DNA of 64,000 bases, taken from NCBI GenBank assembly GCA_949358305.1, contig OX442314.1:10230001-10294000 (forward strand), in the 5' to 3' direction. Below are positions 12,432 to 34,829 of this stretch, one piece after another. The DNA comes from Strigamia acuminata. Its lineage: Eukaryota. Made by a program: the position numbers and the translations under genes. The first letter of the stretch is position 1; every line of letters begins with the position of its first letter. A model generated the notes under the pieces. The model made no database searches. It was not told the DNA's origin and saw only the letters and a list, made by a program, of their open reading frames with translations.

Positions 12432-13025
12432 ATGTCACGCTCGACGACGACTCCGCCCCGCAACATGTGCGCAACTGCGCTAAACACAACATTATCGCAT
12501 TTCAATCGCCACCAAATCATGTCCACCGACTGCATGCGCGACAACGAGCGGGACGAAGCGCTGCGCAGCATCCCGCTGCGCCAACGTCGGCTGCCGGCAT
12601 CGTTCTGGCAGGAGCCAAACGTGCCGCGCTGTCCCGCGCCCGGACAAATACAAATACAAAACCAAAGCAAATCGACGCAGCAGTTTTGCGATTATTCGCA
12701 GCTTTCGTGGAACGGATACGCAAATACGACGGATTTTCAATATACTTTCCAAGCGGGGCCATCTTGCGCGTGCCCCGGATGTCAGCCCGCATCGTTCGCC
12801 TGGCCCGATCCCGCGAAATCTCGTTTGGACGCCGCGTGGATGTGGAATCAAATGGCGCCGAAAGTGAGTCAGGGATTCGCGCCGTACGCGCCGATAGTGG
12901 AGACGGTCGCGGTGATTAATCCGGGCCAGATGAGTGGACAGTGGGCTGCGAGTGCTGCCCAAAGTGCGAATGTCAACACCGGAAATGCGGCTTATTTCCC
13001 CATGTTGCATTATTCGAGTAACTGA
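12432..13025 (+). CDS. Intronless protein with a YAP/FAM181-type TEAD-binding omega-loop motif (start may be 12519)
   Basis: GC-rich 197-codon ORF containing IPLRQRRLPASFWQEP, followed by an AT-rich 3' UTR. Confidence 0.7.
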   Translation: MSRSTTTPPRNMCATALNTTLSHFNRHQIMSTDCMRDNERDEALRSIPLRQRRLPASFWQEPNVPRCPAPGQIQIQNQSKSTQQFCDYSQLSWNGYANTTDFQYTFQAGPSCACPGCQPASFAWPDPAKSRLDAAWMWNQMAPKVSQGFAPYAPIVETVAVINPGQMSGQWAASAAQSANVNTGNAAYFPMLHYSSN

Positions 13026-14151
13026 TGACGAGTTTTGGTTTTGAGTTGGAAATTGTTTCGATTTTCGATTTTGTGACTTGGAAAATGATGTAAAAAAATT
13101 TTATTTATGTTTAATGTTTAATTTTTAATTTTTTAATTTTAATTTTAATGCGTGTTTGGTTTATTTTTGTCAAGTTTTAGTAATTTGTTTCGGAAGAGAC
13201 TGTTGGAATAGTCGAATTATGTGCGGAATTTGCATTCCATGCGGGCGCACGACAAGACATGTGTTCATTCACTTCATTCGTCGAATTCCCACACGTCATG
13301 CAGCATCTGTGTGTAATTACGTCATCGTTGACGAAATGCCGCTAAATGCAGTCTTGGAACTCTCATAGGATGTGTACAAAATACAAATTAAACGAAATTA
13401 TATGAATTAAACACACGTTTGTTTATTTATTCGACATTAAAATTAATTTATTATATATGAAAATCAATTTAATTCGTCAGGAAATCGAATTAATGGAGTA
13501 CGGGAGGCGATTTCCGGTTTCGGCCGAGAACGGCGCATCACGAGCGGGTGGGCGAGCGCCATTTTCCCGCTTAGTGAATATATTGATAAATAGTCGAATT
13601 TTGAAGATAAAATAAATAAAAGGAGATATTTTTTTGGTTACATTGATTCAATTTCGGTTATTTGAAATATTTTGGATTTGTTTTGAGCATTAAACTGCCG
13701 TTTCGGTAGCAGACGACGTTTTATCGACCTGTTTTCCTGGTAAGCAAAATAAATCAGTTTTTCCAGGTATCCTCTTCCTTTCCAGGCGATTGTTTACACG
13801 TTGGCGTTTACACCGTTCGGGATGCGGCATAAACTTGATTCATGATGTAAAAAGTTTGTAATATTAGTTCTAGAATGATGGTACGTATTAAACGATTGCT
13901 AGAACCACATTTGGAATTTTTTAAAACTAAATTAAATTTATTTTTAAAAAACGCGATTAAAAACACCATTTGATCTTCAATACCGGATATGGGTGTTAAA
14001 ACGAGTTTATTGAAAAAAATACTTGAATTAATTACACAAAAGCAAGATAAGATGATAAATCAATGCACAAATGATGGTTTTCAGCGAATAAGAGCATAAT
14101 TTAATTAAATTTTGATATTTTTTCGAATTTTTTTTGTAGTTTGCTGCACAC

Positions 14152-17100
14152 ATGAAGATCCCAATGAGGAGACGTTTGCTATTGAAACTGAGTGTGGTGC
14201 TCCTGATTATAATTTGTGCAGTTCCCTTCTTCCTGTCCAAACCAAAAGGCATAGAAGGTCAAGCTAAAGACCGCGTACGGGCTGAGAAACAAGTAAAATG
14301 CACGGGCAACCAACCAAACTCAAATTATGCCACAAATCCACACGGAAAACGAAATGGACGAAAAATTGAAGAAAAAATTCGAAAAAATTGAAAAATCGAA
14401 GAAATAATTCGAAAAAATTGAAAATTTGAAAAAATAATTCGAATAAATTGAAAATTTGAAGAAAAAATTGAAAAAAATTGTAAATTTGAAGAAAAAATTG
14501 AAAAAAATTGTAAATTTGAAGAAAAAATTCGAAAAATTGAAAAAAAGTCGAAAATTTGGAAAAATTGTAACGAAAAAATGAAAAAAATTGCCGAAAAAAA
14601 CCGAAAAAAATCGAAAATTTTAAAGAAAAAAAAATATTTTTTGGTTTACTTGGCCACGACCTCGTTTTAATAATAATTTTACACATTTTGGTGACAGTTT
14701 GCGACAAACATCGGAGATTTAAGCCGAGTTTGTCTGCACCGATGCCAAATATGTTTGGAATTTGTCCCGCGAAATTTTGTTGCTGTAACGCGGAGTTAAG
14801 GCCTGTCCATAAATACCAATGGATGTGGCGATAAATTTGGGTCTGGGAGGACGTGGGACCACCCTTTGTGTTTACGAGCGATTTAATTTGGGCTTTTGCG
14901 GTTTTTTTCAGGCGAAGGTGTTTCGTAACGGCGCGGCGAGCGATCGGAAGATCGGGGCGGTTTTTACGCACTCGAGATTGGGCAATTTTGAGCCGAAAAA
15001 TGGAGAAAGTAGGGTCGGACCGGGCGAAGAGGGAAAAGCGCATTATGCAAGTTCGGATAAGAAGAATGAGGTGGATCAGGGCATGATGGAGTTTGGAATC
15101 AATGTCATCGCGAGTGATGAGATTTCCATGAACAGAAGCATTCCGGATTTGAGGATAGACGAGTAATTTTATTTTGTGTTTTTCCTGCTTGTTTTCTTGC
15201 TTTGTTTATTGCTTTTTTGATTGATTTGTGATGTTTTTTTTAAATGTTTTTTTTTGTTTGTTTTATGACTTTTTTGATGGTTTTGATGCTTTTTAATATG
15301 TTTTTATGGTATTCATATTTTTTGATAACTTTTGATGTTTTTAAATGTTTTTTGATGTTTTTTTAAATGATTTTTGATGTTTTTTTAAATGATTTTTGAT
15401 GTTTTTTTAAATAGTTTTTGATGTTTTTTGATGTTTTTTAAATGATTTTTGATGTTTTTGATATTTTTTTGTTGCTTTTTTATGTTTTTGATGACTTTTG
15501 ATGGTTTTTTAAATTATTTGAAATGGCTATTGATGTTTTATGCTGATTTTTGGTGTTTTTTGATGTTTTTAAAATGTATTTTGATGTTTTTAAAATGTAT
15601 TTTGATGTTTTTAAAATGTATTTTGATGTTTTTAAAATGTATTTTGATCTTTTTTTAATTCATGAAATGAATTTTGTTTATTTCAGATGTTTGCATTGGG
15701 ATTATCCCGTCGATCTTCCAAAAACTAGTGTTATTGTTGTGTTTCATAACGAGGGCTGGTCGCCCTTATTACGGACAGTTCACAGCGTTATTAATCGCTC
15801 TCCACCGGAGTTCCTCGAAGAAGTGTTATTAGTTGATGATTTTAGTGATAAAGGTAGAATAATTTATGTCCAAAATTGTTCTGCTTTTGCTTTTTTTCTC
15901 AGTTTTTGTTGGTTTTTGTTATTTTTCTTCGTTTTTCCAATTTTTATAATATTCTGTTATTTTTCCCCTTTTCCGCAAGTTTTTATTATTTTCTTAATCT
16001 TTTTTTTTTATTTTTTCACAAATTTTCCAATTTTTTCCACAAATTTTCAATTTTTTCCACAAATTTTCAATTTTTTCCACAAATTTTCAATTTTTTCCAC
16101 AAATTTTCAATTTTTTCCACAAATTTTCAAATTTTTTCACAAATTTTCAAATTTTTTTCCACAAATTTTCACGTTTATTATTTTTTTTTAAAAAACGCAG
16201 AACATTTAAAAGGACCATTAGAAGATTACATTCGGCAATTCAACGGCAAAGTTCGCTTAATTCGGAACAAAGAACGTGAAGGATTAATCCGAACCCGATC
16301 CAACGGCGCTTCACACGCAAAAGGCGAAGTGATTTTATTTCTAGACGCCCACTGCGAAGTGAACGTAAATTGGCTTCCCCCATTACTAGCTCCTATTTAT
16401 CTAGACAGGTAATCTGATTTAATTCCAGCGTCACAAAAACAACGGCGCAAACATTAAATGATTTAACCTTGCAGAACTGTTATGACTGTGCCGGTTATCG
16501 ACGGTGTAGACAAGGACACGCTGGAATACAGACCGGTGTACTCGGGTCCGAACCATTTCAGAGGGATTTTTGAATGGGGAATGCTGTACAAAGAAACCAA
16601 AATCCCGCAGCTGGAGAAAAACCGGCGCGATCACAACAGCGAACCCTATCGTTCTCCGACTCACGCTGGTGGCTTATTTGCGATGAATCGCGAATACTTT
16701 TTGGAATTAGGCGCCTATGATCCAGGATTGTTAGTGTGGGGCGGCGAGAATTTCGAATTATCGTTTAAGGTGAAAACTTTTGATGTTTTTTGAGGTTTTT
16801 TGGTATCTTTTGATGTTTTATGATGTTTTTTGATGTCTTTTTGATATCTTTGATTTTTTGATGGTTTTGTTTTTATTATTTTGGTATTTTATGACAGTTT
16901 TTTAGGCTTTTTTTTATGGTTTTTGGTATTTTATGACAGTTTTCGATGCTTTTTTGGTATTTTATGACAGTTTTCGATGCTTTTTTGGTACTTTATGACA
17001 GTTTTTGATGCTTTTTTGGTATTTTATGACAGTTTTCGATGCCTTTTTGGTATTTTATGACAGTTTTTGATGCTTTTTTGGTATTTTATGACAGTTTTCG

Positions 17101-18888
17101 ATGCTTTTTTGATGTTTTTTGGTATTTTATATTAGTTTTCGATGCTTTTTTGATGTTTTTTGGTATTTTATGACAGTTTTCAATGCTTTTTTGGTATTTT
17201 ATGACAGTTTTCGATGCTTTTTTGATGTTTTTTTGGTATTTTATGACAATTTTTGATATTTTTTTCTTGTTTCTTTTTTTATAATTTGTTTTAGATTTGG
17301 CAATGTGGCGGAAGTATTGTGTGGGTTCCGTGTTCACGCGTGGGACACGTGTATCGCGGTTTTATGCCTTATAGCTTTGGGAATTTAGCTAAGAAGAAGA
17401 AGGGGCCTTTAATTACTTTGGTATAAATTGATTTTTTGTTAGATTTGTGTATTTTTTTATTTTTATTTTGTTTTTCAGAATTACAAGCGCGTCGTTGAAG
17501 TGTGGATGGATGAATATAAAGAATATTTTTACACTCGTGAACCACTAGCAAAATTTTTAGATGCAGGGGATATTAGCGATCAGTTGCGTTTGAGAGAACG
17601 GCTCAATTGTAAAAGTTTCGATTGGTTTATAAAAAATGTCGCTTTCGATGTGTTGGATAGTTTTCCAAAATTGCCGCGCAATTTACAGTGGGGTGAAGTG
17701 AGTTGGTTTTTTTTTTTTATTTCACTGACTGGTAGTTGCAGGGTGGAAAATATAAAATGTTTATTTTGTAGAAATTAATTTTTACCAATTTTTCGGAAAA
17801 ATTCCATTTTTTTATCAAACAATTTGATTTTTCATAAAAAAATTCAATTTTATGTCAAAAAATTCAATTTTATGTCAAAAAATTCAATTTTGAGTCAAAA
17901 AAATTCTATTTTATGTCAAAAAAATTCAATTTTACGTCAAAAAATTCAATTTTATGTCAAAAAATTCAATTTTAAGTCAAAAAAATTCCATTTTATGTCA
18001 AAAAAAGTCTATTTTATCTCAAAAAAATTCAATTTTATGTCAAAAAAATCAATTTGGTAAAAATTCTGTGATAAACCTAATCCAAAAAAATTCAGATGAA
18101 TTCAGATGAATTTATTACCATTCGACTTAGCTCCGTGCCTCAACCTCCCCACTCTGCTGGGACACATCAGGCAACACCGACGATCTTCCAAAAGACATTA
18201 CACTCTTACCGTGTCAATGCAGTGCTAACTATAACGAAGACTGTCAAGACGAGGTAACAGGTGCACAAAAACGAACCACAAAGCCAAATCCTTTCTATTG
18301 CAACTACCAACTGGTGGCATTTACTGAACCTGTCTCGAAAACAAAACAAAAAAATCAAAACTAACTCTCAAATTCTCTTTTCTTCACTTCCTAGCTTCGC
18401 CACCTGGTGACAAATGAATGCATGGATAGCATGGGCAGTTCCCCACCTAAAACTGTTGGTGTTTCTCACTGCCACCAATTGGGGGGCAGTCAGGTAGCGG
18501 CAAAGGAATAACCGAGTTAAAATATTTATTTATTTATTTATTTATTTATTTCTAATTATTAAGTTGTTTCGGTTAAACGCTGAAGGACAATTGGGAGTCG
18601 GCGAACGATGCATCGGAGCCGACAATTCGAATATCAAACTCGAATATTGCCGACAAGGAACCGTCGACGGACCCTGGCGATACGACGAAGTAAAAAAAAA
18701 ATAATCTAAACAAAATTTTGATTTAATTTCCGTTATTTTTATTCTAGAAATCAATGACGCTCCGCCATAACTTACACGGGAAGTGCGTCACGTTGGTGAC
18801 GCAATCGAACCAACTAAAACTCGAACACTGTAATTTTAACGACAGCTCAATGAAGTGGCGATTCCAGAACTTTCGTCCGAACTATTAG
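14152..18888 (+). CDS. GALNT7: Polypeptide N-acetylgalactosaminyltransferase 7-like, multi-exon
   Basis: Signal-anchor exon 14152-14292 splices to 14912. Catalytic motifs [39 protein letters not shown] and [17 protein letters not shown]. Ricin lectin exons run to TAG at 18886-18888. Confidence 0.92.
18131..18253 (+). other. Candidate alternative GALNT7 exon A (lectin alpha subdomain)
   Basis: cttag|[41 protein letters not shown]|gtaac, 123 nt, phase 0-0. It parallels exon B at 18395-18493. Confidence 0.7.
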
Positions 18889-19249
18889 TTGCTTTTTATT
18901 AAATAATAAACGTGCCTTAAGCTCCGCACTCGATACAAATGTCATTTGCTCACCGGAAGTTGACGATTAAATAAACTGATGGGGATTTTATTGTAGTTTT
19001 TTAAGCGAAAAATGTGATTTTTTTGTTTTGTTTTGTGATTATTTCGAGTTTTCGACACATTTTGGGATACTGTAGCATATAAATAGTTTTGAAGTTGTTG
19101 GATAAATTTTTTTTTGCAAATAAAACGATTTTTTTACGACCTGAATTTGAATCCTAAAACGATTTATTTAAAATAGAAAATTCCCGTGTTAGAACAGCCT
19201 TGAACTTCCCAGAATTCATAGCGACTCGATGTAATTTGTCGGTTGAAAA

Positions 19250-21247
19250 ATGGCGGAAGATCCAGGTGATGGTGGTCCTAACAAGGAGTGTGTTTCAGGT
19301 ATTTACAAGCAAGGAGATACGAAAGGTATTAACCGGTTGGAATCGGAACATCCGTTATTTGTTATCTATGTTATCGCGCTCTATTTCTCTCTCGATTTTT
19401 CGCCCTTTTTGAACGTTTTTCGTCCTGTTTTAGGTTAAATTTCGATAGATTTTTTCTCCCCATTGAAATTTGCTGTTCATTGTTCATTGTTCACTTATTT
19501 GTTTGTTTGTTGATTTGTTTGTCCAACAGTGGAAAACCATGATGAACTCATAATGGCACAAGAACAGAGGATAGAAAAAGAGGTAGGGGTTTGTTTTTTC
19601 GTGTAGAATTGGAAAATTTGGGAATTTATTTTGATTTTTGTTTGAAGTTTTTGTTTGTATTTTGTAGATTGCGGATACGACGCCTTTGATTGGGAATAGA
19701 CAAGAAATTTTATCACTCAAACTAGAGTATGCCAACGACGATTTAGTTTATTTAGAAAAATTGAAAGTAATTTGGTTTTTTCTTTTTGGAATTTGGAATT
19801 TTGGAGTTTGTTTTTAATGAGATTTTTTTGTTTTGTTTTAGGACCTCCAAAGTAAATATCAAAGTATTCGACGTACACGGGGCGATGGGAATTGCTTTTT
19901 TCGTGCTTTTGCCTTCGCGTATATGGAGCATTTATTATTTGATAAGGAGGAATACAGTCGGTAAATTTAGAGGAATTAAATTCGAATTAAGTTTGTTGAT
20001 TTGAGTTTTTGGATTTTTTTGTGATTTTTTTGGATTTTGTTGATTTTTTTGTGATTTTGTTGATTCTTTTGTGATTTTTTTGGATTTTTTTGTGGTTTTG
20101 CTGATTTTTTTGTGATTTTTTTGGATTTTTATGTGATTTTGTTGATTTTTATGTGATTTTTGTGGATTCCTTTGTGATTTTTAATTTTTATTTATTTTTT
20201 CTGAAGATTTAAAAATCTGGCAGCCAATAGTAAAGAAGATTTAGTGTCTTTAGGTTTTTCTCAATTTACGATAGAAGATTTTTACGATACGGTATGAATG
20301 AATTTGAATAGAAATTTTTATTTTCGATGTTTTTACGATTTAAAAACACAATTTTTTTTTTTACAGTTTATGGATGTCGTCGATAAAGTTGGAGGAACGA
20401 TTAATTTGGATGAATTGCTAAGTATTTTCAACGAGCAAACAACGTCCGATTATCTTGTCGTCTACATGAGGTAATTTGTACATTAGAACATCTAAATATT
20501 ATTTGTTTTGTTATTTTACAGAAAATTCTGACACGCCGTAATTATTTTTGAGCAAATGTCAATTTTACACTCAAAAATCTACCTTTAAGCTGCTGAAAAA
20601 TCGGAAAAATTCAGTATTTTCTCTGAAAAAATGTAGAAATAGATGTTTCTACGTGAGAAAAATAACAAATATTGTATGTTTTTACATGAAAAAAGTACAA
20701 TTGTGTATGTTTTTAGATGTAAAACGTGCAAATATTGATTATTTCAGATAAAAACGCCCAAAAATAAATTATTTTAAACGAAAAAACTAAAAAAAAATCA
20801 TTTTAAATGAAAAAACCCAAAAAATTAATCATTTTAAATGAAAAAGTCTAAATTCTCAATATTTATTCATTTCCAGACTTCTAACCTCAGGACACCTCCA
20901 AAAAAATGCCCAATTCTTTGCAAATTTTGTTGAAGGCGACAGGTCAATCAAGGAATTCTGTAGCCAAGTAAATTAAAAAATTAAAATTAAATTAAAAAAA
21001 ATTAAATTAGTAAAATTAATTCGAATTTCTTTCTTTCCAACTCGAGGAAGTGGAACCAATGTACAAGGAGAGCGACCACATCCACATAACTGCCCTGACC
21101 TCCGCTCTCAACATCGGCGTGCGAATCCAATACATGGACCGCGGCGACGGCGGCAAAGTGAACAATCACGATTTCCCCGAGTTTGGATTCTCGCCCAAAG
21201 TTCATTTACTATATCGACCAGGCCATTACGACATTTTGTACGAATAA
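19250..21247 (+). CDS. OTUB1: Ubiquitin thioesterase otubain, multi-exon
   Basis: IRRTRGDGNCFFRAF (catalytic Cys), EVEPMYKESDHIHITAL and LLYRPGHYDILY (catalytic His), joined by GT-AG introns. Confidence 0.95.
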
Positions 21248-21823
21248 CTTAATAACGTGGAAATTCATATCGGTTGCGGTTCGACTCAAGTTTCCGCTAA
21301 AAATTTCTCGAATTGAGACTATCGTAAAACATGGTGGTTAATGCGCACGGCCTTTATAGTTGATGACGAACAAATTGGGACGATTTTTCCATTTTAGGCA
21401 CTTCGTCATTTTTCAAAAGTTACCGGTATTTCAGACAAAAATGCTGTTTTCCTTATTTTTCAAATAAAAATTCGTTTACAAAGTGTACTAATCAGTATTT
21501 GATGTTAATTTAACCAAATACGGAGATTTGTTTTTCAATATTGTACGTTTTTACGGTCAATGTTTGTTGTTGTTAGCTGATTTTTTCTTTTTCTTTCGTT
21601 TTTCTGTCGTTAGTTTAGGGATTATTTCGTGATCAGATCAGTGCATTCCTTTTTACAATGTTGTCAACTAGATTTACACGATGCTATGTGTTTAATAAAA
21701 TTAAAAAGTTTGCAGATTTCATTCTTTTTTTGGCTATTTATTTCGCATTTTTACAATCTAGGGTTCGTTTCCGTCGATTTACATTAATTAACTAAGTTTT
21801 CTAAGTTATTCCAAAGGTTTTTT

Positions 21824-22221
21824 CTACTTCAAATGATGGTGTTCGGCTGGAATATTAAATGTATATTGTAAATAATTGGTTTTTTTGAGAATTATTTATT
21901 TATTTTGATTTTTACCATCTTTCTCCGCGTTTTTTCGTTGAGTTTCGGCCCAGGCGCGCACGTTTTCGGGCGAATTTGCTGTTTAAAATGTGGGGGGAGG
22001 ATTAAAACCGATTCGTATCGTTATTATGTGTTATTACCCTTCTTGTGGATCCATAAGAACACGGGGAATGCGGCAGCAACTCCGTACATGTACCATCGCC
22101 ACAGCCAAACGTTGTTGTAGTAATACTTAAATGGAAATTGCACCATTTTGGCCGTATGCGTAACCGGAAATTTCATGTGCCTTTCCGGAGGCTGGGGATA
22201 ATCAGCAGGTCCGATTTTCAT
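21824..22221 (-). CDS. roh: Small membrane protein similar to Drosophila 'reduction of Rh1', 3 coding exons
   Basis: Spliced product ..MKFPVTHTAKMVQFPFKYYYNNVWLWRWYMYGVAAAFPVFLWIHKK|ANSPENVRAWAETQRKNAEKD|AEHHHLK*. It matches my recollection of the roh family (PYTFSAKIAQFP..ANSPEN). Confidence 0.72.
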
Positions 22222-22620
22222 TTTAGCTCTGCAATAAATAAATTTTAATCGTTAAAACATGCCGAAATTTCCAAAACAACGAAAGTCTTACCTCGAATAT
22301 ACCAGAGAAAATGTCTGTGGAAAGATGTTCCAAGGGCAGCCCTGTTAGTTACTCTCAAACCACAACCCAAAAAAAACTAAAATAAAACGAATATTAATTT
22401 ATTTTTATTATTTTATTCACTGAAAACTGGATGAATTAAATCAATTAACATTAAAGTTTTAAAAAAATCAAAATATATATTTTCGCCGAATAATTTACAC
22501 TGAATTGAAGTCCGGTTCGAGATTATATTTCGTACCGTTAAATAAAACTCCGGGCCGGAAGTTCCGACTCGTGCTAGTTCCTCGTCTCATCCGTCTCAAC
22601 TAACAAAATTTTCTGACAAC

Positions 22621-24724
<2,104 letters not shown>

Positions 24725-25495
24725 CAATTTCTATCTTCAGCCAAATTGTAAAGAGAAAGAGCATAAACAGCCTGAATTTCTAGAATAAATTGTTCAAATA
24801 GATTACTAATCGATGAATTGTAACTTCTGTTTTCTCTAATTTGAATTGTGGGTGAAAATTTAGCTGTTTTTAATGCGTTCGAATGTCACTAAACGGAATG
24901 ATTAAATGCGATTTAATGTTGTGTTGGCTGAAGATGAGATTTGACTTTGTTTTGTGTTGATTTATTAATATTTAATAATTCGCACTCGGGAAAAATGATT
25001 AACAGCACGTGCATGTTGTGTTTTTTTTGTCTCGTTTTCAGTCTTGTGAGTAATAGCACGGGAAGGAAATGGAAGTTTCACTCTGGGTTCGTAATATACA
25101 ATAAATGTAGCTGATTATTTCAGTTTATTATCGAATTTATATATAAATATGTATCAAGTATGGCAAAGAAATGTGTAGGGACATATTTGTTTGAATAAAA
25201 ATTATGGCGCTTTAATTGTTTTCGTCATTAATCGTCAGATGGCATCGGTTGGTATGGCAACCAAGTTAACAACGCAGGTTTTAGGGAGGATTCGTATTGA
25301 AAATTTGAAATATAAATTGCACAAAATAATTTCTTATTTTTTTTTTACAGTTTATTCAGAATGGATATCGGCACTGCGAAGAAATATCACTGTAAGACTC
25401 CGATGTTTGTGTTTATTTGTATGTTTTCGTTGATTTTTGTAGCTACATCGTCGAATATTTTGTGCGCATGCGCGCACGCATCAATCTGTTCAGAC

Positions 25496-27443
<1,948 letters not shown>

Positions 27444-28074
27444 GGGTTTTGTTTGGTTAATTACGAATAAAAAAATTTTATATACAAGTTGTGTGTTATT
27501 TCTTGGAGTGAATTGAGATGTCCATAGATGGCGCTGGCGGACAGGACAAACTGATCGAAATCAAATCTGATATTGATATAAGATAACTCACTGTGCCAAC
27601 CTTGAATAGTTTTTCTTCTAGTATTTGTTTATTTTAGTTGTTTAAAAAACGATACAAAGTTCATTAGTTTTGAAATTTGTTCAAATAAGTAACATTAAGG
27701 TTACGGGTCTGCAAAATAAAGCGTTATGAGATTGATGATGGATTACAATCGTCTGGTTAACATTTACCGAGGTCGGGGCTTAACCTTGGCTCCTTGAAGA
27801 TCAAAATTAGAAATAAAAACAAATTTTTGAATTAAAAAAAATGTTTCTAATTCCAAACGAAAATATATAATAACACGGGCATTTAACCAGAAATTAAAAA
27901 ATTAAAAATAAATGAAGAGTTATACAGGCGCTAGGCCGGGCAATGGAGGCGAGCAAGTAACCAGAGAAAGTAATCCACTCCATCGATGTCCCAACACGAA
28001 ATACGGATCCGGGTCACGCAGGACGTCAAAATCACCCGAAATAAAATAAATCCTTTAACACAGGTGATAAAATA

Positions 28075-32788
<4,714 letters not shown>

Positions 32789-33347
32789 TCCGATTTAATT
32801 TTTTAATTATTTTTTTTTAAAATTCTATCGGTGCTAAATAACGACTAGTCAAATAAAAAGGATTAAATACAATAATGTTTTTGTTTAATTTCGCTATTTG
32901 TATAAATAAAATGATTTTTCGCTATTAAAAAATTGTATGCAGCTTACATTAAAATATTAAATACGTTAAATAGAAAATTACATGTTAAAAACAATTTGTT
33001 GTATGGAAAACAATGCGACAATGGTTTATTTTGACGTAATAAAGTAATTTGTTTTCCCTGTTGAATCGTTTGTTAACGTTCCAATAATGGCGGTGCGGCT
33101 CATGCGATGACATTATTCCAATAAATGCAAAATTTGAGAAAAAAAACGAAGCCTCTGCTTTAAAAACCAAATAAATATTTCGACTACAGTTTGAAGTAAG
33201 TAAACTGTTTAATTTCCATCCGATTGACGTCAAATAAGTCTTTTATAAACACAAAAAATAGATATTTTGAATAAAATTTTTTAAAAAAAATGGCACCCGA
33301 CCACAACATATTCCATTTTTTAATTTATTTCTTTATTTGGTTATAGA

Positions 33348-33581
33348 ATGCCGAAAAAAAGGCCCGGAACAATAAAAAATAATAGACACATGCCACAATA
33401 TGACGAAGAGGAAGAAGAAGAAGTGGACGAAGAACCAAACCAAACCGAAATGGAATTTGAACGTTTAATGGAATCTGAGAAGAGAGCTGAGAACTTTCGA
33501 ACTGCCATCATTTTAATTCTTTTCACACTTCTCGTTGGCGTAACCTTTTTGTACGTGAAGTCAGAGGCTATGCAGTGCTGA
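33348..33581 (+). CDS. Small orphan protein with an acidic patch and C-terminal transmembrane helix, 77 aa
   Basis: ORF with DEEEEEEVDEE and the hydrophobic stretch AIILILFTLLVGVTFLYV. No family recognised. Confidence 0.55.
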   Translation: MPKKRPGTIKNNRHMPQYDEEEEEEVDEEPNQTEMEFERLMESEKRAENFRTAIILILFTLLVGVTFLYVKSEAMQC

Positions 33582-34288
33582 ATTTAATGTCGAATAACTA
33601 AACCAAATTCTTCCGTGTTATATTCCATTCTTCTTCAATTTTTGGGAACATCCAATTCTTTCCTCACGTTATAATGTCATGTATTAATTCATTTGGCTAC
33701 GATCAAATTTACAGTGTTTTGTACTTGATATAAAAATACAATTTTGCACGTTGATTAATAACTTGCTACATCGTATGTGCTTGTAGTAATGAAAAACGAT
33801 AATAAAAAAATTGAAAATCACCCGATATTTATTCGTTTATTATACTCATTTCAGAAATTATTTTAATTTCCTGCGAGATTTGTAAAAAAACAGTACTGAA
33901 AAAGTGTTTTTTTAAACCCATACAAAACGTGGCGAAGTAAATAAATAACGCATTGTTTGAACATCGAGCTCGGTTATTGTTACATCAAATCAAAATTCCA
34001 TCTCGGAAGAAGAGGAAAGCTTGCCTCTGAGCAGCTTTGAATCTATATTTTAGTCTTTAGAATCCCACTGGGAGTTTTACCATCCGGTCGATCCTATGTC
34101 GGACTATTCCAGGTTTGTCAGACGAAAAAAAAAATCGAAACAACGAAAAAATTGAAAACCAACAAAAACAAATAATTTAACCGTTTTATTTTGCTTTATA
34201 CTATACACAAAACAGGTGAATGTGACCACGTAGCGATCCCACACTCCCATCCATACTAAATTAGCGTGTTGATTAGAGCATTTGAGAA

Positions 34289-34797
34289 ATGGCTTGTGGT
34301 TGCCCGTGAGTGTTAACTTGTTAAATTATCGTCGTTATGGTCATAGGTTTGGTCGACCGATGTAAAACAAAAATAAGTATCAATTTGTTGTATATAAATG
34401 TATATATAGTAAGCCGAAGCCGAAGAAAAGTGCGTGCAAACCAAAAAAATCCAAGCCCAAATGTTGTCCACCGCCGTTGCCGCCGTGTCCGCCCAAGTGT
34501 CCACCGCCTTGTCCACCGCCGTGTCCACCGCCGTGTCCGAAGGAGGAGGACGAGTGCGACGAGGGATTATCATGCGGGGCAAAAATGGCCATTCTCGCGC
34601 TGCTTTTCTTACTGGCTCTTGTGGCTATGTTTTTCATCCTGAGTGGCGATACTGAAGAAGAGGAGGAGGAGGAAGAAGAAGAGGAGGAGGAGGAGGAGGA
34701 GGAAGAAGAAGAAGAGGAGGAGGAGGAGGAGGAAGAAGAAGAAGAAGAGGAGGAGGAGGAAGAAGAAGAAGAAGAGGAGGAGGAAGAGGAGGAGGAG

Positions 34798-34829
<32 letters not shown>

